Assembly (NCBI RefSeq): GCF_000485595.1
Contig: NW_014577078.1
Coordinates: 847,115 to 911,114 of the forward strand
Origin: Priapulus caudatus
Lineage: Eukaryota
Direction of reading: 5' to 3'
DNA length: 64,000 nt
Shown in pieces: positions 24,423 through 38,200 of the stretch. The notes beneath the pieces are model-generated. The model was not told the origin of the DNA, ran no database searches, and saw nothing but the letters and a program-made list of their open reading frames with translations. Every line of letters starts with the position of its first letter. Position 1 is the stretch's first letter. A program made the position numbers and the translations under genes.

Positions 24423-27055
24423 CTGTACTGGTTAATATACGTTCACCCAGCTTCTAAAATATATATGTATATCAAGAGTGCATAATAGAGAAGAGTATGA
24501 CACGGTTTTAACAGCGTTTTGCATAGTTTTCAACTGGTAAATAATCTATCAATATGTGAATAAATATATTCAAACTTTACCTTGTTTTCGTCTATGATTC
24601 TCCCTTAATCATATGACACCACCAATTTACCTGAAAATCGTATGTGTTCTTCAAAAAAGTTATTTGTATACGACACGGTTTCGTACAGTTTTCACGCATG
24701 AATGCATCTCTCCGACCGAACTTTCTTATGGGATTAGTGTTCTATTGTCTATGACGGAACTTTGGGGGTCGTATGGGATATTAGGCATCGAATTGTATTC
24801 AGCGTGCTAAAAATAAATGCGCCTCACGGCCAGCTAGCTAGCAGCTGATTCCCTTATGGCCCCCAGCGTACCGTCATAGACAACAGAACACTAGTCCCAT
24901 AAGAAAGTTCGGTCGGAGAGATGCATTCATGCGTGAAAACTGTACGAAACCGTGTCGTATTCAAATAACTTTTTTGAAGAACACATACGATTTTCAGGTA
25001 AATTGGTGGTGTCATATTGACATGTATGTAGTGCGGGGCTAAGATTGTCGTAGACATCTTTAAGCGAGAAACAAACACTGGAGTTAAGCNNNNNNNNNNN
25101 NNNNNNNNNNNNNNNNNNNNNNNNNNNNNNNNNNNNNNNNNNNNNNNNNNNNNNNNNNNNNNNNNNNNNNNNNNNNNNNNNNNNNNNNNNNNNNNNNNNN
25201 NNNNNNNNNNNNNNNNNNNNNNNNNNNNNNNNNNNNNNNNNNNNNNNNNNNNNNNNNNNNNNNNNNNNNNNNNNNNNNNNNNNNNNNNNNNNNNNNNNNN
25301 NNNNNNNNNNNNNNNNNNNNNNNNNNNNNNNNNNNNNNNNNNNNNNNNNNNNNNNNNNNNNNNNNNNNNNNNNNNNNNNNNNNNNNNNNNNNNNNNNNNN
25401 NNNNNNNNNNNNNNNNNNNNNNNNNNNNNNNNNNNNNNNNNNNNNNNNNNNNNNNNNNNNNNNNNNNNNNNNNNNNNNNNNNNNNNNNNNNNNNNNNNNN
25501 NNNNNNNNNNNNNNNNNNNNNNNNNNNNNNNNNNNNNNNNNNNNNNNNNNNNNNNNNNNNNNNNNNNNNNNNNNNNNNNNNNNNNNNNNNNNNNNNNNNN
25601 NNNNNNNNNNNNNNNNNNNNNNNNNNNNNNNNNNNNNNNNNNNNNNNNNNNNNNNNNNNNNNNNNNNNNNNNNNNNNNNNNNNNNNNNNNNNNNNNNNNN
25701 NNNNNNNNNNNNNNNNNNNNNNNNNNNNNNNNNNNNNNNNNNNNNNNNNNNNNNNNNNNNNNNNNNNNNNNNNNNNNNNNNNNNNNNNNNNNNNNNNNNN
25801 NNNNNNNNNNNNNNNNNNNNNNNNNNNNNNNNNNNNNNNNNNNNNNNNNNNNNNNNNNNNNNNNNNNNNNNNNNNNNNNNNNNNNNNNNNNNNNNNNNNN
25901 NNNNNNNNNNNNNNNNNNNNNNNNNNNNNNNNNNNNNNNNNNNNNNNNNNNNNNNNNNNNNNNNNNNNNNNNNNNNNNNNNNNNNNNNNTACGGTGAAAA
26001 AAACACGCCCCCCGGTCCCCCTCGTTTCCCCTCCCTTCCCCCCTCCCCCTCCTCTCCCCCCTGTTTCAATTTCATCCTGGGGAGAACCCTGTAACCATAT
26101 CAGATAGTTACCAGGGACACGTTCCGATATATCGAACCGTACCCAGAGTACCCTCCAATACGGCGATAGTACCGCTGCCAGGGTCTATGTCTACCTGGGT
26201 ACTGCCAGAACGTACCCTGGGTACGGTCCGGTATACCGGAATGTACTCTGGTACTATCTAATATACCGGACCGTACCTCGCCTACTCTACTAACGAGTCT
26301 ATAGGGTTCGTTATGCTAACCCATATCAGATAGTTACCAGCTAGGGTACGTTCCGGTATACCAGACCGTACCCAGGGAGACAGACCCTATCAGCGATAGT
26401 ACCCTGGGGGACATAGACCCTTGACCCAATGAGCCTCAGTGACAGTGCCTTAACTTGCCTTAACTTTAAGTTATGTTTGTGTTGAAAAATTGGCAAAATT
26501 CCTTTATGACCTCAAAGAAAATCCTAACTCAAAAATCGTGCGTAGACGGGTGCGTTTTGGATAAATGCCAGTCAGTTAATGGAATTAAATTTAATTCAGC
26601 TAAAATTTGAAGATAGATTTCAGGGCCCTAGCAGCGGAAGGTGACGGGAAATGCTCGCGCGTTGCAATGGTCAGAAACGGCAGAAAACGGGCGAGTAGGG
26701 TCCCTTGAACGCATTTTTTTCGACACTTCCTGTTAACTCACATCATGTTTATCGGTTGAAATGAACAAAGAACACCCTCACCAGTACCCCTGTCGAGTTT
26801 AAAGGGGCTACCCCCACATTTAAGAAAATGACATAGGTTTCAATGGGCTACATGTTCTCTATCCTTGAACCTGACCATGGGCCATGGTAGCTCTAGACTC
26901 TAGTACTATAGCCCGCGTTCATTAACTCAATAACTGCCGCAGGCCTAGAGCTAGGGCCATGGTAGCTCTACTAGTACTATAGTATAGACTATAGTACTAG
27001 AGCTAGGGCCATATATGGCATGCCATAACGTACGTAGGGCCAGGCCTACCAGTAC

Positions 27056-27178
27056 TAGACCAATAAATTGTGCCCTAAAAATTTTTATATTCTGGTGTTA
27101 TTTTAGGTGTTTTTTATTACCCTTACCCTAAAATAACACCAGAATATAAAAATTTTTAGGGCACAATTTATTGGTCTA
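27056..27178. mobile_element. 123-bp palindromic MITE, 9-bp TSD
   Basis: TAGACCAATAAATTG...CAATTTATTGGTCTA, TSD TACCAGTAC; the homologous site near 33337-33345 lacks it. Confidence 0.8.
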
Positions 27179-27239
27179 TACCAGTACCACTACCGCTAGT
27201 ACCAGGCTACCTTTCCCGCGCCGCTCAAATAATGCGCGG

Positions 27240-27316
27240 CAATTCAATTCAATTCAATTCAATTCAATTCAATTCAATTCAATTCAATTCAATTCAATTC
27301 AATTCAATTCAATTCA
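27240..27316 (+). repeat. (AATTC)n microsatellite
   Basis: About 15 tandem pentamers. Confidence 0.95.
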
Positions 27317-28437
27317 TTTATTTATCACAACATTTTTTTTCATACAGTTATACAGTGTATATTTNNNNNNNNNNNNNNNNNNNNNNNNNATTTTCAGGTA
27401 AATTGGTGGTGTCATATGATTAAGGGAGTATCATAGACGAAAACAAGGTAAAGTTTGAATATATTTATTCACATATTGATAGATTATTTACCAGTTGAAA
27501 ACTATGCAAAACGCTGTTAAAACCGTGTCATACTCTTCTCTATTATGCACTCTTGATGTATATACAAGTTTCGTGTATTCGGCATACAATTGAGAAATAT
27601 TTGCACCAGATCACTTAGTCTGACAGTCTGAAAAATTCCCCAGACCAAAATTCTTTCAACCAAACCAACCATACAATATGCCTCAAACAACAGTGGAAAA
27701 CGTGAAATATTATTCATTCGTTGTAAGGTAAACATGCGTTCACCTGTAAGTTAACTATGGCTTATTTAACATGTTAATTTTGGCTGCGCAAAATTGTTAT
27801 TAGATGAAATCTGTTATTTTGTTGGTCACCACTGAGGATTTGAATTTTTGGGGCTTTGTAAGTAACAAATTTCAAGAAAACATGCTTTTACTAAGAGACC
27901 AACAATGTGATTGTTCGTCAATTTGGGTGAGTTAGACCTGAACGTTACCTACCCAAAAACATTTTTAAATACCATGCCAGGCAGGCAGGCGCAAATTTCA
28001 TTCCCTATAGGCGTGCGCGCGTGCATGCATGTACATTCTATTCATGTTTAAGAGGCTTCCCCTGAACTCCATAATGTATCTAATCAACGAGGTGTTCTAT
28101 TCGCGCATTTTGTGCATACAAATATTAAATGTATTTAATATATATATATTATATAAAGACTCAACACAAAAGCTGCAGTGTTCAAATTAATTCATCAATC
28201 ATTGCATTCTGATGTTTACATCAGCTAAGGGCAGCCCGTGCTGTTGTGCGGAGTAATATTGATACAGTAGGCTCCAAATTACTTGACTTCTCTGTGTATA
28301 TATGTCACGATGCAAAAGGACGTGAGTGGTATACATATGTCCGTAAGTAGGGCATGCAATAGTATTATTGCATGGTATTATAATTATTATTGCAACAGTA
28401 TTGTTGACAGTGATTGCTACAAATGCAGCTTTATTAA

Positions 28438-29283
28438 AGGGATACATTATCCTAGGTTCTTTGGATATTTTACACATAAAAAGTTTTATGGTTCAATATA
28501 CATAAGATTTTTTTTAAAACGTTGCTAAGGCCATCCTTAAAAAATTCTATGTTTGCTGTCTCCCCACCCATGATTTTTTTAGTGGGTGGGTCATTTTGTG
28601 TGTGTGAGGCATAATAGTTATTTTAAGTCTGTCCTCATGTTTGCCACACATGCTTTGTGTTTCAGTCTTAACTATGAAAAATGTCAAACAAAACTTTTGG
28701 GTCGCGGCTATTTTCGTGGGTCGGTCAGAGGACAGCAAACATATAATTTTTTAAGGATGGCCTAATAATAACCGACAATAATAATAATAATAACCGACAG
28801 CTATACTGTTGGTTACAACGGCGGTGGCGCCACTAGAAGCGCATCCACTGAAAAAGTTGCGCAAAGCAACGTTTCAGCTGCAGGCTGCAGACTGAGGGCG
28901 TTTCTTATTTATTAATATAAGAGGCAAAAGATTACCATATTTTATAAATGATGCTTAGTTTCAGTTATAATATGAAGAAATTTGTCCTAAAATAAAAATT
29001 GGTCAGTTAAATAGCAGTTAGGTATAAATATAATTGCAATTTTGTGATTGGCTCTCGGTCTGTACCATGCAAAATAGATTGGCAAATGCGCAATATTTTC
29101 ATGGTGGAAGCACAATCGCGTGGTGTCACGTCAGCTCCAAAAATAAAAGATTTCAAAATTCCCTGTTGTTTTATAACAAATTTGAATGCGTGATTATAGA
29201 ATTTGTAGGAATATGCTATTATTTATGCGCTTACTATCGTAATATACTCATACAACATACTAATTCTAGGGGAAAGTATCCCT
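28438..29283 (-). mobile_element. Kolobok-like MITE (diverged family A)
   Basis: TTAA TSD, AGGGATAC...GTATCCCT termini, internal similarity to 12131-12729. Confidence 0.65.
28529..28762. mobile_element. PIF/Harbinger (Tourist-like) MITE nested in the Kolobok-like element
   Basis: GGCCATCCTTAAAAAATT TIRs, TAA TSD. Confidence 0.75.
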
Positions 29284-29487
29284 TTAAATTGAAGTGTCAA
29301 TTTAGTAATTTACCCATGGTTTCAGATTATGCATGCAAACCACAGTGCATACACATTCTTTATATATATAGTTAGAATTTCTGTGTTGATCTAAGATGAA
29401 CTCTAAACAAGCGTACAATTTATTCACCAGCCTTAACAAAAATCTTATTCAAAATATTTTTAAATTGTGATTTTAGCCATATTATTA

Positions 29488-30394
29488 TTTAGCTCATCTG
29501 ACATAGTCAGATCGCCAGCTTGTAGAGATCGTACGATCGTCCGTCCGTCGTGCGTCCGTCCGTTGCGTCCGGCGCGCCGCCGTTCCGGTGCGTCAACAGT
29601 TGTGGCACATAATCTAACGCTTGACGTACGGGTCACGATATTCGGGACGGGGGGACTCGATGTCAAACGAGTTGGCTGTCGAAGCTGGGGTCCAAGGGTC
29701 AAGGTCGAGAGGTGTAAAGAAGGAGGGAACATTCACTCCTTAACTTAAGGTATAGGGTAGGAAATGCAGAATGCCCGGCCACAAATCTAACCGGCCTCGA
29801 CCTAGGCTCGTGATAGGTCCGTGTATAAGCATTCATGCGTTAGGAAAATGCATCACTGTGCCGAAATTGCGAGGTCACAGGTCAAGGTCAATGGCGCACA
29901 GGCAGATTTCAGACATTTTTCTGGGACAGATGCTCTGACGGACCAGCGATTTTGAAAACTTTTTGTTCAGCGGGACTAGCATTTTTATTGGCATTATTGA
30001 AAGGACATGAATGTACTTTCTGCTGACATTGCGAAGAGTAAGCTTGTCGGATTAACCTTTTGACCTCAACGAGGGAGTAAACATGCGATTCTGTTGTTGA
30101 CTGTTAACAAAGGAGTGAAACTGGCTTTGCCTATTAAGAGGCCCTCCCCCACCCTCCCCCATCCCATCCCCCCACCCTTCCCCACCCAATCAACCCCACC
30201 CTCCCCCCCATCCCTTCCTCCTACCTCCATCTGCGATAGTGCGGCGTGTCCTAACAATGATGTGTACGCAATCTGCGTGGTCTGCCTATCTGCGCCTAAT
30301 ACAAATGTTCCGTTACTACGCACCGACTGAAATTTTACGTTGTATAATCGTAGGCAACAGACCTCAGTGAGCCCAGACGCTCTGCGGCTCTTGT
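29488..30394 (+). mobile_element. Helentron/HINE non-autonomous element
   Basis: TTTAGCTCATCTG start, (CGTC)n tract, GGTCAAGGTCA motifs, CAGTGAGC sub-TIR plus short hairpin and CTCTTGTTTT end. Confidence 0.65.
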
Positions 30395-30717
30395 TTTACT
30401 AGTCATCATGTTTTTATGTTTAATAGTATAGCTACAGCCTTAGAGAGACTATATTATTAGTTAACCTAGTATGTATCTAGGTTGATGATGTTATAAAAGG
30501 TAGAAATAATAAGCACCACTACCCACAAGGAGAATTTGTATGTTTGTATTCTCTATATAAGTTGGAGAAAACAAATATTTATGTAAAGCAGTCCTATGCT
30601 AAAAATGTAAAATGCAAGGTAGGTAAAGCACTAGTCTGACCAGGCTCTCTCATCGTTTCACGTAGTGAGAAGCGAGAAGGTCACTTGTAAGCATGCGCTA
30701 ATAAACCCTGATATAAT

Positions 30718-30765
30718 TAAGAGCTAATAAATACCTATAATATAAATAATGTTTATTAGCTCTTG
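30718..30765. mobile_element. mini P-like element / excision scar
   Basis: (T)AAGAGCTAATAAA / TTTATTAGCTCTTG arms, 7-bp TSD ATATAAT. Confidence 0.7.
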
Positions 30766-31407
30766 ATATAATGAGGTAGGAAGAAGGTATTTTGATAGTA
30801 TTTTACTGCGACGAATATATGGTGTATAGCTATAGTTCATCATGTCGTAGCAGATTGCTTAAATCTTTATTTTCAAGTTCATGTTCAAATTGTTTCTATT
30901 TAAATTTTAATGAAAAATAAATTGAATAATAAAAAAATAATTGTATTTATTTTTTCATGATTAAAAACATAAAATAGCAATGCATGAGTGGCCCCTCATG
31001 TGCCGCTTGAGTAAGGTCGTATGTCCCCCAGGGTAATATTCGGGGGTACCTTGGGTATGCCGTTCGATATACGCGAACATACCCTGGTACTATCTAAATA
31101 TGCCGGACCTGCTACCTCGGCCTACTCCACTAACGAGTTAAGTGGAGTCGCCTACGCCATACTCTAACCAGGGTTTCTCCCTACCGTTTTTGCCGGCCAA
31201 ACGGGGCGTGGGCTCCCCCCTGTTTCAATCGTTGCCGCCCTGTTTAAATTACCTCCGGTCCCCGATTAAATTCCACCACAATAACAAAGTTTTTGACATC
31301 GCGGGGGAATCGATCGTCAAGGAATTCCCATTCGACCAGGGACCCACCGACGCGGTGTATTTGTACCACGCATGCACTGCAGACCATACCAAGTACAAAC
31401 CAGTTAA

Positions 31408-32069
31408 AGGAAACAGTAGCCTCTAGGTTCTTCAGAGGTCTCATTTCATGTTTAAATTTAGGTATTCTATTAAATTTTTTTCGCTACATAAAAAGTTTCA
31501 TGGTTACAAAATCACATTAGAAATTATTTTTAAAAAATGTTTAAACTAACGACTACAGTTGCTTACAACGAGCGTGGCGCCACTCAATAGCGCACATCTG
31601 AGAAGTTGCGCAAAACCACTTTCCCAGCCAAGGCTACAGCTCGCAGTGCTTTTATTTCTTATTTACTTCCATTTAAAAGCAAATCAGGCCATTGTAATAT
31701 CTTATAAACGACATATAGTTTCAGTTATATCATGGATAAATTTGCCTAAAATGAATATCGTTTGTGTTAAATGCATTTTAGTATAAATATAATTGCGCAC
31801 TTTTTGTGATTTGCCCTCCGGTCAGTTTACTCTTGCAAAAATAAAATGCAAATTATTCCCGAACTTTTTTAGGTCTGGTGCGCCTTACGGTCGCGCTCTG
31901 GCCTCTGTCTTGGCGCCGTTCAAATTTCGTAGCCGTTGATGTGATACAAATAATTAAATTTAAGTACTCCTTCTCGGTGACAATTTCACAATGTGCGCGT
32001 ATAAGTACGATTTGTTATTACAGTAAGTACAGTTTGTATCTATGTAAAATCCTATGAGCGCTCCTGTCC
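31408..32069 (-). mobile_element. Kolobok-like MITE (family A), degraded towards the gap
   Basis: TTAA + AGGAAACAGTAGCCTCTAGG; body similar to 5620-6090. Confidence 0.6.
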
Positions 32070-32461
32070 NNNNNNNNNNNNNNNNNNNNNNNNNNNNNNN
32101 NNNNNNNNNNNNNNNNNNNNNNNNNNNNNNNNNNNNNNNNNNNNNNNNNNNNNNNNNNNNNNNNNNNNNNNNNNNNNNNNNNNNNNNNNNNNNNNNNNNN
32201 NNNNNNNNNNNNNNNNNNNNNNNNNNNNNNNNNNNNNNNNNNNNNNNNNNNNNNNNNNNNNNNNNNNNNNNNNNNNNNNNNNNNNNNNNNNNNNNNNNNN
32301 NNNNNNNNNNNNNNNNNNNNNNNNNNNNNNNNNNNNNNNNNNNNNNNNNNNNNNNNNNNNNNNNNNNNNNNNNNNNNNNNNNNNNNNNNNNNNNNNNNNN
32401 NNNNNNNNNNNNNNNNNNNNNNNNNNNNNNNNNNNNNNNNNNNNNNNNNNNNNNNNNNNNN

Positions 32462-32567
32462 GTGTCCACGACTGCGCGATGCCATCGGCCGATGGCATCG
32501 CCCGATGCCATCGGCCGATGGCGTCGGCCGATGGCATCGCCCTGGCATCGCCTGGTGTGTCCGGCCC
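32462..32567. mobile_element. Harbinger-like MITE right end with (GATGCCATCGGCC) repeats
   Basis: GGTGTGTCCGGCCC followed by TTA; palindromic subterminal repeats. Confidence 0.45.
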
Positions 32568-35500
32568 TTAACAACCGCCTAGCTAGCAAATTATGCTGCA
32601 TCAGTAAAAAGCTCTGTGATTTCGAACATTTTTTGACTTTGTCATATCAGCATGGAACATAAACATTGACAATTAACATTGAAACAGCGAGATTGTTAAC
32701 CATGATAAGGCATGCCGGCCGCTAATTTATTTTTCACAACACAGTTTGACCACAGACCAGGATATTTGCTTATTTAGCATATATGTCATGTGATGTTTTC
32801 AATAATGCTGAATAGCCGAGCTCGTAGAACCCAGGCGTTACGTCTAGAAGGTCGCTGGTTAAATCACTGACACTGCATGGTTTGAGTCCCATCTGGCATC
32901 TGTTTATTTTTTATTTTTTATATTTTTTTGGTTAGGTTAGGATTAGGGTTAGGGTTAGGGTTAGGAAAACAACTGTTTTTCACAACAGTTTTTTTCCTAA
33001 CCCTAACCCTATTCCTAACCTAACCGGTAACCCTAATAGTAATAACCTATAATGACGTCGACGAACGAGTGGCATAGTCGAACTGTGTTGTGAAAAATAA
33101 ATTCGCATAACGGCCACCGTGACCATGGGCCATGGTAGCCACAAGTTCCCATCTCGCTTAACACTACGTGGCGAGAGGCCCCTCCTCCGTCGTGTAACAG
33201 TCGGAGAGCCTGGTCGGTTTAGGGCCATGGTAGCTCTAGTACTATAGCCCGCGTTCATTAACTCAATAACTGCCGCAGGCCTAGAGCTAGGGCCATATAT
33301 GGCATGCCATAACGTACGTAGGGCCAGGCCTACCACTACCAGTACCACTACCAGGCTACCTTTCCCGCGCCGCTCAAATAATGCGCGGCAATATCAGAAT
33401 TTCTATAAATTGATGATTACTTGCTAAAACACTACAAGTTTCGTCAAAAATACCTTAATTTAAACTATTTAATCCCATAAACTTGATAAAGAAGCACAGT
33501 GTGATCATGAATGACAAAAAATTGTGTTGACATTACATCCTCTTCACTCGCCAGGCGGCGAGACCTACGCTCACGAGGAGTCGAGGATGTTGTTCGGTCG
33601 TATGGTTCCTGCGGTTGAGCAGGCCGGCAGTCCTATTTGGAACAAATTTATACAGGATTGACAGGCATATTTGTGTTAAATTAATTTTGAAACCCAAAGT
33701 GTACCAATACACTATCTTCTCTGAGGCTGCAAAGACAAGCCGTGCCTGAGTAGCAAGTGGGATCTATCCGACCACGCTGCAGTAAGTACAGTGTGTAGAG
33801 TTGTTGATTCATGTAGGCAGCCATGTTTTCCTTCGTAAGCATCACGTGGATTATACTGTACTGTGTACATACCATCGATGGCTAAGTTTAATCGGTGTTA
33901 CTGTTAGTGTTGCTGTTGTCATTCGATGGCATTATTATTGCACGCTATTCAAATGCAAATTATACTTATATCGCCATAAAATCCATATCAGTGTAATAAC
34001 TAATAACTATGTGACAGAAATTGACTCACTCATATTCGGTTTCCCACATCACGTCACACGTGTATCAAAGTCATTTTTTTATCGTTTCTTGGACTTCCTG
34101 ACATTCGGCAGTACAGTGTCCTCGCGTTAACACTAACAATGACATTGCAGTTTCAGTGCTTTAATATACAGAAATATTAGTTTAAATCTTACTTTTATTG
34201 GCTAGTACAGCCAGAGGCCTGAGAGGGGTTGTACACATGAATCATGATATATATAATATAGATTATACAAGTTATACTTATAGTGTAGCGGTTCAATCTT
34301 GCGACTATATTACTAGCCTGTGACCGTATCTCTACCGTATTCGTCAGTTGTGTCTAGGGGTTTATGATGTGTCATCGCCGCACGTTAAACCCACCTACAA
34401 ATTAGTCAATGATAGAGAGTAGAAACAATGAGTTCTCGGTAACGGAAGAGATATATCTTTAGTAAACTATTAACAACGTACAAGAAACAACAGTATTTAC
34501 TCTTAGATCGAACTCAGCTAGGTTACTTACTATATCCCTTAGTCTTCCAAATAGAACTGTCATTTAGCTTCACCAAATCGAAGTTATCGAACCTTATTCT
34601 CTCTAACTATTTATTTACGCTACCACTCCTCAAATCGAACTCCTCTTTTCCCCCTGATTTACGCTCTATTTATATTATTTTTGGCAATGGTAAAGTGCAA
34701 ACACAATCAGCTGTTCGGTTCTAGCTATGACGTTGATGTCACCAACCATCATTAGAATGACGTTCATATGACGATGACGTATGCAAACATGGACGAGCTC
34801 AATTCGGACGATGGACGACCAGTGGAAATAATATAAATACTTTATAAAAAATAAAATAAATACTTTAAAAGTCTCCCCTTTAGGAGTCATCCTCCTCTTG
34901 TTTTGGATATTTTGACGAATCATCAGGGTTTCTTCTGAGGGAAAATTAGACAAAGGAGGTAATGGCCAGTTTGGGAAAAAAATGTGCACGAGGGATTCAA
35001 AGGCACGCATGGGGACGCTGCAGGCGGACGGAGGAGGGAGAGGGGGAACTCCCCCTTTCGCTGGGGGGGGGAGGAAGTTTCCCCCAGCAAAATTGTAAAA
35101 ATTTGAATGTCTTAAACTGCATTTGGGGCACCCTGACAACGATGATGTTAAATTTGACAACGCGGTGTACCACTGTGCCTCTTATGTATAAGAAAACCGG
35201 GTCATGATGCTCGCATCTTGTGTTATTGTGCAGAATCATGTCTTGCAGTGCAGAATAAGTTCATGACCATGTGGTTTTTTCATAATATATTATTTATATG
35301 TGGTCAACCGTTGTAATATGCATATACTCGTAAGTTTTCTCATAGAGCTCTGTGATGCATTTCTGTCAACGCTATTCTCGTAACATTAACATTAGGCGTC
35401 AGTGCTGTCTTGGCATTGATTAGCATTAACTTTGCGATGTGTCTGCCAACGCCCCCCAGATATTTTTTTATCAAATTATTGATTTTAATTTGTATATTTT

Positions 35501-35629
35501 GGTTTACATTATTTACTAGACTTAATTATAATATAATATAATATATTAATATATATATTATTATTATTATATTATAAATTTGTATATATATACATGTGTG
35601 ATTGGTTGAGACCCTGTCACCTGTCCATG

Positions 35630-35845
35630 CTGGGTTCTCCAATAGCACTTATAGCCTGGCGGCCCGCCAGGCTATCGTCGAGCCCCGCCATCCTAAAATG
35701 CACCCGCCACTCAAAATATCATAGCCGCCATGCTAAATATCATAGCCCCCGGACCCCCCTAGCACGCAAACCGCCTTCGGCGATTTGCAACTAGGACCGT
35801 AAAGGCAGCACCCCATGCTATAATGAAAAAGCTTGGAGAACCCTG
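35630..35845 (+). mobile_element. hAT5-like MITE
   Basis: Reverse complement of 7205-7425; 5-bp TSD CCATG. Confidence 0.75.
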
Positions 35846-37573
35846 CCATGGTTAAATAATTGTATTTACCTGTAAACACATGCTAAATTTTAATTGAAAT
35901 CATTGATTGACGGATTTGAGTGACTGCGTGAGCTATTTTCAACTAATCAGCTCATTACAAATCTTAGATTGACTGTGTAATGTGTTTTCAGACGATCAGC
36001 GCATGTAAAATTATTGTGTCCCTAGGCAGCTGATGCTACAATGTGCAATGCTTTCTGAGAAAGGTTTAAAGAAATCAAGGTAGAAAAAACTACAGACTCA
36101 GTAAAGGTAGCATACTACACATATAATAAAAGAAATTGTTACCTTCAGGAATGCAGTCAATCATTGAGTATATTGGCCTAGAGGGGCCAATGTTCGCATT
36201 GACCTTCAGGCGTAGTGAATTGGTTGTAGCAGGTATATATTCTGGTGGATTGATCTTACCCAAATGCAATAAATATGTTTTGTTACCGTTTCACATATTG
36301 CTATATTTTTTCCTACCATATATATATACACACATACATCACACTTCACTCAGTGCATTGTATTATTTACTGGATCAAGAGCAAAGATTACTTATGTTTA
36401 TAAAATGTACCATGCATCACCTACCGCTTAGATTTTGTCTATAATAAATCTTCTCAGGGGTTATATATGAGGTGTAATGAGTGACACTCCTAAGGTAGCC
36501 TGCAATGTTGAGATTGTTCATCTGACATTTTTGGCTACTGATGTCGGGATGTTTTGAGATAATCCAAGCTATATATAATTATTCAGATGTCTGCAGTTAT
36601 AATGGACTGTACACCAGTAATTCCAACACAACTTAATTTATGTATGTTTACGTTTATGTGTTGTGTTGAAAGTAGCTGGTGTCCCCCAGTCCAGGACTGG
36701 TAACTTTTGAGCAGATCTGACTAATTGTAAATGGATTTTACTATCTAGGTTATATAGTATTGGAACCAATTTTGTTTTCGTAATTAGCTTTGTATCAGTG
36801 TCATCTTTGTGTCACTGTCAGTGCGTGCACGTGTTTGTGTGCGTGTGCACATGTATGTGCAAATTCGTCAGTGAGTATAACATACTGTTCTCGTTGTAAA
36901 TATTCTGTAATATAGTGTACTATTCTTCTGGATTTTTTCGTTTGTTTTGTAATCCTGAAAATAAGGTAACATTTTTTAGTAGGTACATGACGTATAACAC
37001 TGTAATATCCAGAAAATTGTCGTATCCGGCAACCCTCTGATCTTGGAGTTGTCGGATATCACAGCGTTTACTGTATGTGCCAGTGCGTCTGCGTATTTAC
37101 ACGTGCGCAGCCTGCTTTGGGGTGGTTATGAGCGTGTGAAATGGACTGATGGCGCGCCACACTAGATCATTTAACTTTATGCATACAATACATGATGTGC
37201 TATACTGCATAGAAGAGGAATGTGGAAATACTCATGCTATTCTCCATGGGAATTTAGTCAGGGAAGTTTTTTTTGCATACGTTTCATTATAAATCTGGCC
37301 TTGTACATTTCGTTACGTGAAAGTTGTGTCCACTGTAGAAGTGTGTACAGCCTAAAATAGCTGCATTTCCACAGCAAAGCCTAGCTAGTCTCGTCTGGTA
37401 CTATATTTAAGTCACATTTGCGGGTATAGGAATGTTTATCAACTCTGCTCTGCGTGTCTTGACCATGTATTGTTAGTAATCTTCATAGCTACCTTTGCTG
37501 ATTCACAGTTCATGCAGTAGGTAATTTTGCACACGGTGTATGAGCGGTGTACAGGGGTGTGGCAGAATTATAT

Positions 37574-37611
37574 CAAGAGTACATAATACCGTATTATAAT
37601 ATTAGCTCTTG
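37574..37611. mobile_element. mini P-like element / excision scar (38 bp)
   Basis: CAAGAG...CTCTTG, 7-bp TSD ATTATAT. Confidence 0.65.
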
Positions 37612-38200
37612 ATTATATATATGTAAATCACTGGAAATAATGAATAGTGATCAATATATACTGTATTCCCCATTTAATACCAGTATATAATTGGAGATGT
37701 TCCTGAGGAAATTTTCCCGTAATGTTGTAGAACCCACGATGTAAATTAATATAATGTGTGTGTATGCCATAAGTGCATACCAACATAGGTGCGACCAAAG
37801 TGTAACATAAGTGCGACCAAATGTTACGATGCTGGCAGGGGCGCATGTGTCTGTGAATGAGTGAGCACACCCACCTCACATAACTGACACGGTATTCCCC
37901 AATCAGAGTGCAAGCCATCTTACCATCTGGAGCCCTGCAGGCATGATCACTGTAAGGCCTGCGGAGGAATCAATAATTCAGTCACATGGTCTACTACAGT
38001 AGTATTGAGCAGTGCAAGCGATATCAAATAATGTATGTTATTTGATTTACGCAAGTATGACTACAGAGGTTTGTTTTCACATGCATGTTAATTATGATTA
38101 TATTATTTGTTAGGCCTCATTGAATTATGCCCATTGGTATGGCATGTATTTTGTTTCATAATTCGATTTTTTGTTTTATGGTTGATTTTATCACATTTAA

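Larger units (their letters stand above)
24473..27555. mobile_element. P-like foldback MITE (about 0.7 kb once the gap contig is removed), just 3' of the PRS stop
   Basis: CAAGAGTGCATAATAG...CTATTATGCACTCTTG termini, 8-bp TSD ATGTATAT; right arm split (about 24880-25017 and 27390-27555); partial copy at about 51326-51575. Confidence 0.75.

Noticed and set aside
24927..32662. Long ORFs at 24927-26075 and 31960-32662
   Set aside because: Mostly X residues from assembly gaps.
32925..33040. Head-to-head TTAGGG/CCCTAA as a telomere fusion site
   Set aside because: Only a few degenerate units forming a local palindrome, within the TTAGGG-bearing repeat module seen elsewhere in the window.
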